This document shows, one piece after another, positions 53,865 to 64,000 of a stretch of DNA of 64,000 nt; positions within the stretch are counted from its first letter, which is position 1; the number at the start of each line of letters is the position of its first letter. A model generated the notes under the pieces. The model was not told the DNA's origin, ran no database searches, and saw only the letters and a program-made list of their open reading frames with translations. Source of the stretch: the human T2T-CHM13v2.0 reference genome, Homo sapiens; the NCBI RefSeq assembly GCF_009914755.1, contig NC_060940.1; one strand, given 5' to 3'. The position numbers and the translations under genes are program-made.

Positions 53865-56800
53865 GTCTAGAGGAGAAACATGAAAATGTTTAGCACAGAG
53901 CCTGGCATACAGTCAGTATTCAATAAGTGCATCTTTCCTTTCCCTCCCTCCACTATGTGGCACCTGGTACCATGTTTGTTAACTCCTCTGCTGCTGTTAC
54001 ATGTTCTTAAGGATGAGTAAGGTCATCTCAAACAGACTCTAGAAAGATAGGCCTCAGTGTGGATTATTTATATGTGTCTTCCAGGATTTTGCACACAGTA
54101 AGTGCTCTTTAAATGCCTATTAAAGAGACAATATGGTGTAAGAAAGGGAACATGCTTTGGCACTAAGAAGAAATAAATTTATATCTTGGCTCCATCACTC
54201 AGCCGCTGCACAACCTGAACAAGTTACTCAAGCTGTCTGGGTCTCAGCTTTCTCTCTGTTCAATGGGGTGATGATGGGCTACTCTGTGGGGGTAGTTGTG
54301 AAAACAGATGAACTCATGCATGAAAAGAACCCAGCATGGATCCTTACACAAAGCTGCTCTCCAAACAGGAGAAAGCCAACCAGAAGACAAATGATGATGC
54401 TTCTTTGGATGTTCCCAGCTTCACAGATGTGGGCCCTGTAACCATATTCAATGAGTGTGACTCTGTTGTCCTGGCTGTGATGACTTGCTGAGGGATTAGC
54501 ATCTGATTCTAGATAAACAAATCATATTACTTACCTGTTTGTTGTTGTTGTTATTTATTTATTTATTTTTACAGTAGATCTAAGGGGAGAAGTTCATCTC
54601 TTCTCTGCTGGTCCCAACCACAAGAACTTCTCATTACCAAGTTACCCCTTAGGTGGAGGAAGCTGGTCTGCAGTAAGAAATAATAAAATCAACAACGCAT
54701 GCAAGAGAAACTGTAATACATAGTGGGAAAAGGCATGTAAGTCCTGGAAATGTTCACGCCCTGACCCCTGACCCCTGATCCAGCCTGCAGACCCAGCAGA
54801 AGCCCTCCCAGGTCACAGGAGGCTCCTTACTCATCCTTCACAGACATTCTCCTTTCTGCCTGAGCAGATTTGAGCTGGGTTTCTCTCACTTGCAATGAAA
54901 CAATTTCTAATCAAAACAGCAATCATCCAGACATGCCGTCTGTCTTCTATTCATCTGCATCCCATCAGAACTTTGCCTTGAATTCTGTCCTGCCTTCTCT
55001 TCCCACATCTGCTGTGGCATAACTCAGAACCTGGAGTGGTTTCGGGGCTGGGGAGAGTGCTATGTCCCTGGGAGTTAATTAGGGCAGTTGGAGTCATTTT
55101 CTGTAGTGTTTATGTGATGTTGCCTCAGGACAATTTAGTAGCAAAAGAGCAAATGCAGGTGTCTCTGAAGTGCCCCTCAGAGAGGCAGCCCCATGTGTGC
55201 AGCAGAGAGCAGGCTGAATCAGGAGACAGAAACACAGGTACAACGTCCCCGCCTGAATGCTCGCCAGTATGAACTTGGACAAGTCATGGCCTGGGCCTCA
55301 GTTTCCTTGCTGGCAAAATAGAGGTGATAATATATCATGCATGTCTCATGGCAAGTGCTGTGTGTTTAGATAGAATTCATAAATTCAACACACCTTTATG
55401 GAGGGGCTGCCCTGAGCCTGGCACTGTGTGTCCATGCAGAGCATTTTGAGAACTGTAGGCTCTCATCCATCTTCATCCCCCCTCCGTTAAGGAAGAACTG
55501 GGAGGTGCATCTGGGGAGGACAATCTTTACCTGTCCTTTCTCAGATATCAGATGAACCAAGGAGGCAGTGGTCTCATAGCAGTCTCTTAACTTACGTGAC
55601 AACCAAACGGCTTCCTCCTGAGACCAGCTCACATCTTGGGCTCACCTTTCCCTGAGATGATCACCCCAGCAGGCGCCACCCACTCTGTTCCCTACTGCTG
55701 AGTGTGGAGGCCTCCTTCCCTTTCTGGAGATCCAGAAACAAGAGGCTTGCTTCTCCCACAGTCGTATAGTTTCTTGCCCCTGTCTTCCCTTTCTCAACTG
55801 GCCAAAGCCAGGATCATTTTTGCCTTGGGCCCTGTTGCGTCTTGACCTTACATGGTCACGGTTTCTGGGTCCTTCTCTGAGTATTCCCAGCTGCAGCTGG
55901 CTGGCTCCAGGCATGAGCAAAGCCACACAAACTGAGAGCTGGCAGCCCTGCCTGGGTCCTGGTCCTGGCTTTGCTCTCAGACCTTGGGCACGTCATATCT
56001 CACACTGCCTGCTCCTCAGAGTCCTCATCTATAAAACAGGGATAAAAATACCTGCCCTTCTGACCTCACAGATAGGAAATTAGATTAGAGCTGTGAGATG
56101 CAGCAAAGCACTATGTGACTGCAAGGTGCTAGTATTATTTTTTATATAACCTTAAAAATCTTATTACAAAAGAGATATATGCTTATAGGAGAAAACTTAG
56201 AAAATGCAGATAAGAGAATGATGAAAATAAAAATGGTCTGCCATCCCATCATCAACAGAGGAATGTGTAAATAATTCAGTGGATATCATTCTAAGATCTA
56301 CACCTATTTATTTGAAATAGGATCATACTTTTTGTGCTATATTTGCAATCTGATTTTTCACATAATAGCAGGTAATCACTGGAGGTATGCCCTGCCAGAA
56401 ATTAAATGTGTAGGATTTCCTTCCTCAATTCAGAGCCAGAAAATCACCCTGGAGTTGTTGAAAGTCATCTTCCCCGTCCTCCAAAGAGTAGATGTTCCAC
56501 ATCTACTTGACTCACTTGGGACCCTCATTCCAGAGGAAGGGCTGTGGCACAGTGTCTGGGGAAAGAGGGTTATATAGTCAGACCCTTGGTGCTTTCAGAG
56601 TAAAGAAGGAAACCTGCTTGTTCTCTAGAGGAGGGTCCCTGGGAGGTAGGGGTTGGTGGCCCTAGTATAGAGAGGAGGTAAGAAATGGATCCAAGGCTGA
56701 CCCTGCATCCCTGGAGCTGCCTAAATCCCTCAAGGTGGTGGGGGACCAGGAAGAAGAAAAGTGATCTGCACTCCTGCATGTAAAACTCTAGAGACCCCTG

Positions 56801-57146
56801 GGCCAAGCTTGGCACTGAAGGAGTGATATTGCTGTCTCTCCCTCAAGAACAAGACGGCCTCTACAGTGATCTAGACTAGGAAGAGATAGTAGCAGCAGCT
56901 GACCAGCATCCAGCTCAACACAGTGTTGGATGGCCCACAGCAGTGGTCCTCAGATCCTTCCCAGAGTTTTCTCCATGTGGAGAGCTGGATAGACCCTCTG
57001 TTTCCTCTGGACTGCATTAAGTCCCCAGGAATCCTGGACAATTCATGATTGGTGGGGACCTTAAGAGGGAGAGAGTAACTCTTCTACCAATTACAAAGGT
57101 GAAGCATTGAACAACTAGTTAGAAAAGTGTAAGAGACATCGTTACT

Positions 57147-57340
57147 TGCAGTGGGTTGAATGGTAGCTCCCAAAAGATATGTTCATCTAGAAGCTATGAA
57201 TATTTCCTTATTTGAAAAAAGGGTCTTTTGCAGATGCAATCAAGTGAAGATCTCGAGATGATGTCATCCTAGATTTATGATGGGCCTGAAATCCAATGAC
57301 AGGTAACCTTAAGCAAAACAGAAGGATATTTAAGACAAGG
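57147..57340 (+). mobile_element. MLT1C/D 5' fragment
   Basis: gggttgaatggt...aaaagatatgttc...tttgcagatgcaatcaag...aatccaatgacagg. Confidence 0.7.
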
Positions 57341-57726
57341 CAGGGGGAATGGGTGGGGGTCACCAGAGGGGTATGGCTTGGAACACCCCAGTCCCTAAAC
57401 TGGAGAGCAGAGTGAGAAGGGTGTATTTGGAGCTGAGATTCAGCAGGTGTGGTATCTGGCACAAGAGCCAATGGTTCTGTCTATATCCACTCCTGGTTTT
57501 ACAGTGTTCTAAGGACACTGAAAGTATCTTTTGGGCTTCCAATAGATCCATTTTTGTCAAGGCAGCCAGGGTTGATTTTTATTGCTTGCAACCAAAAAAC
57601 CTACCAGGTACAGATGTTAGCTTATGGGGTCCTGACACAACTCCATGAAGAAAGTAGATAGTGTGATTCCCCTTTTACAGATGAGTAAACTGAGGCTTGA
57701 AGAGGCTAAGTCTCCTACTCGAGCCT

Positions 57727-58107
57727 TGATATGGTTTGGCTCTGTGTCTCCACCCAAATTTCAAGTTGAATTGTAATCCCCACAAGTTGGAGGAGGGGCC
57801 TTGTGGGACGTGATTGAATCATCGTGGTGAACTTCTTCCTTGCTGTTCGAACTATAGTGAGTTATCACAAGATCTGGTTGTTTGAAAGTATGTAACACTT
57901 CCCTCTAATTCTCTCTTCCTCCTACTCCCACCATGTAAGACGTGCTGGCTTCCCCTTTGTCTTCCTTCATCATTGTAAGTTTCTGAGGCCTCCTCAGCCA
58001 TGCTTCCTGTACAGCCTGCAGAACTATGAGTCAATTAAACCTCTTTTCTTTATAAATTACCCAGTATCAGGTAGTTCTTTATAGCAGTATAAGAACGAAC
58101 TAATACA
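57727..58107 (+). mobile_element. MSTA solo LTR inserted in a MIR
   Basis: tgatatggtttggctctgtgtc...cttcctgtacagcctgcagaac...aactaataca. Confidence 0.88.
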
Positions 58108-59084
58108 AGTGTGGTCAGTGATGGGGTTAGGGCTAGATCCAGTTCTTCATCTAAGATCTTTCCTCTCTATTTGCTTCTTACCTGGCCTAAGAGGACCGGA
58201 AAACAGAAGAAGCTCCTGAACTTCTTCAGGATTGATGATGAGCTCCACTTTTTGCAAAAAGTCTGTGTATATTCCTTGCAGTCAACTGTTGCAATGAGTC
58301 TGTTTAAGCCAAGTGTTGGTCTGCCCACCTTGATGGAAGAGAATTGAGTGTAACAACTTTAAGTTGTTGAAGCAACAACAATTTAAGGCAGTTGAATTTG
58401 AGATAAGAGGCCTTTAAATTTATTCCCAGAATGACTTTGAGATAAGTCTGAGAGACAGGGAATGTTGCTTTCCTTCCAAACCCTCTCCTGCCTCATTTCT
58501 CCAGTAATCTCTCAAGTGTCATGAAAAAAAAAAAAAAGTGGGAAAGTTTGTTCCCTATGAGGGCTCTTTCCTATGGATTCAGGGTGAAGCAAGGGTTTTC
58601 AGTCCCTGAAATGAATCTTTTTAGGCATTCTTGAAAGTTGGCCATAAAGACACATTGTAGGGTAAGGTGTCTGCGCATACTCTGAAATGGAATAAAATCT
58701 CTTCATGGTTTAGAAAATAAAAAATGACTGAGACACCTTCTATTGATTTTCCTCCCCTCATCTCACGCCACTAGGTGAATAAATTATTCTTAGAGGTTTT
58801 GTACAAATTACTCAATAAAGTCACAAGCAATGCGCCTGGTAAATGTGGTCTGCTTTGATTCCAAATTTGTAAGGCAGGAATTGCTTTTAGAAAAGACTTT
58901 ATGGGTCATGGAATCCAACTGTCACTGCACAGGTATGAACAATGGGAACAGAGATTGGGAGACTTACCTGGGAGTCGCAGAGCAATTTGGTGACAGAGCT
59001 ATTAGCACTCAGAACATTGGGCTGCACCATAGTGTCTCCACATTTGCAGGTATGTGAGGTAAGAAGGAGTCTTGGGTGGGTCTC

Positions 59085-60060
<976 letters not shown>

Positions 60061-60306
60061 TGTTCCCCAAAAATGGGAGGAAAAAATGATGATTTACCCA
60101 AAATTTTGACTTCTGAAGAAGGTGAAAAAGATATTCAAGAAATATTCAGCATTCTTACCTGAAACATGAATCCTGAAGGGATCCTGAAGGGATCCATGTT
60201 TCTTCATGGATTTCTTGTTTCGCTTGTTTTGTTTAATATAGAGCAACTTTAGCCAATAAAATTGCTATGCCATTTCTTCAACTACATCTATAGATATGGT
60301 TTATAG

Positions 60307-60680
60307 CAGAGGTTGCAAATGATAGCTTTGGGTTGGTGTTGCCCTAAAGATGTGTTCTGTTTGGCCCACATTATAGGCTTTCTTTCCCTCCCTACACACA
60401 CTGTATTTTTGCAGTTGCTTTTAACATGCTGGGTCTAAAGCATTGTTAAATTTACATTTAAAAAGCCAAGAGATTGTGCATAAAAATCCTATGTTTTTGC
60501 TTTAAAAACAAAGATCTGGTAACACTTGGCTCCTAAATGGACACAATCAGTGAAGGCTAAGTAGCAGCTGTCTTTTCCATTCCTATATCTGTTGTTAGCT
60601 CACTTTAGTCCCCACCCTTCCCAAATGTCTCCCTGATGCTGGAGCTGAGGGTCAGTGCCATTTGTTATCAGGGTTTTGCT
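60307..60680. mobile_element. MER102-like hAT DNA transposon
   Basis: cagaggttgcaaa...agatgtgttctgtttggcccac...agatctggtaacact. Confidence 0.6.
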
Positions 60681-61055
60681 GCCCAGATCAATTATCGAAT
60701 AATTCAGAATATCTTTGGAATGAAGACATTGCTTCAATCTATTATCATTTCTTAGCTACTAACTATAATCCTGGAACAACGTTAGGAGGTGGCAATGCAA
60801 AGACAAATTTGATGTGGCTTTTACCCACAATGAAATGCAGTCACAGAGAAGTGGTTTCTGTATTCCTGTCTCAATCCATATTTTTGTAACCTCATCAGTT
60901 ACACAGGTTGCTGGTTTGGCTGGAGAAGGTGTGTATTGGAGAGAAGTGAGGGTTGGGTAGAGAGGTAGGGCAGTGTGAGGGCCATATCTGTGGATGTGAG
61001 GATGTTGTAGAATAGTTTCTGAGTGGAAGTATTGCATGATAACAACAACAAAATA

Positions 61056-61450
61056 ACTGTGGCAGAGACCAGTTGTCCACAAGCCACTCCTCTTCTTCCT
61101 GAGCACTCAGCTGGACTATGTTTCCCAGCATTCTCTGCAGTCAGGCAAGACCATGTGACTGAGTTCCCATTAAAGGAACAGTGGGTGGGAGTGATATGCT
61201 CTTCCAGACCTGGCTCCTCCAACTCTCCCATGTGAGAGCTTCCATCTTCTTTCTCCTCTCAACAGTTGAATAAATAGATCCTGAGGCTGTAGGTGTATCA
61301 TGGAAAGAGCCTCGATCCCTGAATCATTGTGTGGAGGGGACACCTGCTGTGGACTGTGATGTGAGCAAGAAACAAACTTTACTTTGTTCAGCCACTGAGA
61401 TTCTAGGATTTATTTATTACAGTAGATATCATTTTCTTAACTAAAAGCAG
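61056..61450 (+). mobile_element. MLT1 (I/J-like) LTR
   Basis: tgtggcagagac...tttcccagca...ccatgtgactgagttc...gtgagcaagaaacaaacttt...gccactgagatt. Confidence 0.65.
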
Positions 61451-63453
61451 TAACAACAAGAAGAATGTATTAAGTGCTTACTCTTTGTTAGGAACTGTTG
61501 TAAGTACTTTTCATATATTATCAAATTAAATCATCACAATTCTATGATGTAGGTATTATTATTATTATTGCTACTTAATAGGGAACTGAGGTACAGAGAG
61601 GTGAAGTCATTTGCCCAAGGTCACACAACTACTAATTAGAATCTATGCTTTATGGCACGATTATTCTGGAGCAGAAGAGAAGCATGGAGGGAGAACAATT
61701 AAAGGAGGCAGAGAACCATCTGAGCACAAAGTAAAATGACTTACAATTCCATGTGGTTCTCCTGAGACTAATTCTGAGCCAGCAGTGATTCAGAAACTCA
61801 GGACATGGGGAGAACATTACATGCCCCCATGTTTCTCACACCCATGCTGGGCAGGACAGGACCTTGCTGTGTGGGAGGATAGCTGGGAGCTGAAATTGCA
61901 TCCTTAGCCTTGAGGACTCTTTAGCATCACCAGAGAGCCCTTGTTTCTCTCTGGCTTCTAAGGCAGTGAGTACATAATTTTGATAGAAGGGCCTTTGAGG
62001 AGGAAGTGTCCCCAGGGCCCAGAGATGTTATTTAGGTGGGAACTTCAATCCAGAGCCTGAAAAACCACTCCGCTGGTGCCTGCCCAGACCAAAGAAGAGG
62101 GGCTCTGGGGCTCAGGCAGCAGCCCTGGCCCTTGGTGGGGTTCATTCCCTGAGTTCCGGGAATCCTGCAGGAATCTCTATGAAGAGTGGTGACTCAGTGA
62201 TAACTCCCATCAGAAGAGACTTCGCCTGCAGAGGCGTTTCTCCTCCTCATTCCCAGGTCACACTGACCCAGACTTTGAGCTCAGTCATCAGAGAAAGCAG
62301 GAAGGAGCGGTGGAGGCAGCTGTGTTCCCTCTCAGCTTCCTCTCAGCAGCCAGATCCAGAGCTCTCCTGGGGGGCGAGGGTTGGGGGTTGCTGCACTGGA
62401 TCGTGGTGGGGGGGCAAACCCCCCACCTTGCCTGCTGCCCTCCGTTCCTGAGTGCCTCACACAGTCAGCCAATGCTCATCGAGCATGGACTTTGTGCCAA
62501 GCACTGTGCCCAGTGCTGGGGAGAGCACTCTCAGCCCACAGGTGAACAAGAATCTTCCTCTCCCTCCAGAGCTCCCATTCTTCCGCAGGGAGATGGCTGG
62601 AAAGCAAGAAAATGGATGGAGGAGATCTTTTCAGAGCTGAGGAACATGGTGGCCCTGTGGTGGGGAGGGGGGCACTGTAGCCGGGAGGTGGTGTCAGGGA
62701 AGCCCTCTGAGGAGCTGACACGTGTAGAGAACGAGATGCAGACCAGCCCATGAGCACTGGGGGAAGTACCCTTGGAGGGGACAGCGAGGACAGAGGCCCT
62801 GTGCTGGGAGAAGCTTCTGCGAATGGCATAGAGTCCAAGCTACAAAAGGGTGGTCCGGGGGCTGGAGTGGGGTGAACTGAGAAAGAGAGCAGAGGTTGGT
62901 GGGGGAAGAGGGACTTGGTCATGTGGGCTGTGTGGCCACAGGGAGAAAGGAGCACCGGCCTCCACTTTCTCTCCTTTGGGGACTCTGGGGAATGAGATGC
63001 CTAATAGGTGGCCCAGTGCCTGTTCTCTGGAGAAACTTGCTCCACTGCAAGTTTCAGGGAGTTACGTGAGGTCTATGTGGGAGCATTCCCTGGGGTTGGG
63101 AGAGACAGTATAATGAGATAGTGACGGTTGGGGAATCTGAGAATCTTAAAGTCAGATGACCAATCCTCAAATCTCCAACATTCAAAATTCTAACAGTGTG
63201 TTACAAAATGTAACAGTATCTTACATAACTTGGGTTCTACTTTTTGTCATCAGTGTAAAACGAATAATAGTATACCTACCCTTTGGGGCTGTTGTGAGGG
63301 TTCAATGCAATGGTGAATTCTAAAAGTGAGCACGGTGTCATGCTCCATAAATAGTAGCTATGGGTGTTATGGTTAATGCGATATGTCAACTATTAGGACG
63401 GTTTGTTGAGGAAGTTAAGTTCTTAATCTCCTCAGTCCTTTTGGAATAATGGT

Positions 63454-63683
63454 TCTATTAGGCCATTCTTGCATTGCTATAAAGGAATACCTGAGACTGG
63501 GTAATTTATAAGGAAAATAGGTTTAATTGGCTCACGATTCTGCAGGCTATATAAGCATGGCACCAATATCTGCTCAGCTTCTAGGGAGGCCTCAGGGAGC
63601 TTTTACTCATGGCATGGACTTTTACTCATGGCAAGGAGGCAAAGTGGCAGCAGGCATGTCACATGGCCAGAGCAGGAGTGAGT

Positions 63684-63732
<49 letters not shown>

Positions 63733-64000
63733 TAAGGGAGGGGCTGCACACTTTAAACAAGCAGACCACTCTGGGGGGCTGTGAAATTCCAAGGGGTCAC
63801 TGGGCTGAACAGATGGCTGGCAGATATTGGTTTTAACTCACACCTGGCTGAGTAAATAATGTTTACTCAAGAGGACATTCCTGAGGACAGGAATGTCGTG
63901 AGGACAGCACCAAGCCATGAGAGATTCGGCCCCATGAGCCCAAACTCCTCCCACCAGGCCCCAGCTCCAACATTCCATGAGATTTGGAGGGGACATCCAA
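63454..64000 (-). mobile_element. MSTB-like LTR running off the window end, with internal (GA)n at 63684-63732
   Basis: attaggccattcttgcattgctataaaggaatacctgagactgggtaattt...ctcccaccaggcccc. Confidence 0.85.

Noticed and set aside
54529-54537. Perfect minus-strand donor CAG|GTAAGT
   Set aside because: The would-be exon is an A-rich simple repeat with no acceptor
60168-60195. 11-bp tandem duplication atcctgaaggg
   Set aside because: Ordinary slippage micro-duplication

Overview
Non-coding great-ape (human-like) genomic DNA, either intergenic or deep intronic. I could not recognise any protein-coding exon, RNA gene or CRISPR array. The longer ORFs in the track are mostly translations of Alu, SVA, L1, LTR or simple-repeat sequence, and none resembles a known protein. 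The window is a layered transposon landscape: many Alus, MIR/L2/MLT relics, L1 fragments, solo LTRs (LTR22, MER11, MER89/90-like, MST, MLT2), one full-length SVA and a 28-bp VNTR, separated by repeat-free islands that look like enhancers. Three observations stand out. (1) A MER4-group ERV fragment was integrated by L1 machinery as a processed copy (poly(A) tail, perfect 18-bp TSD, no U5) and carries an LTR22 inside it. (2) The SVA has about 16 clustered A-to-G differences from the consensus as I recall it, suggesting ADAR editing fixed by retrotransposition. (3) Two MIR-derived segments 1.2 kb apart form an inverted repeat with a 21-bp identical non-consensus core, enclosing the VNTR. I see no evidence for a new protein-coding system. 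Repeat subfamily names are from memory and need RepeatMasker/Dfam confirmation.
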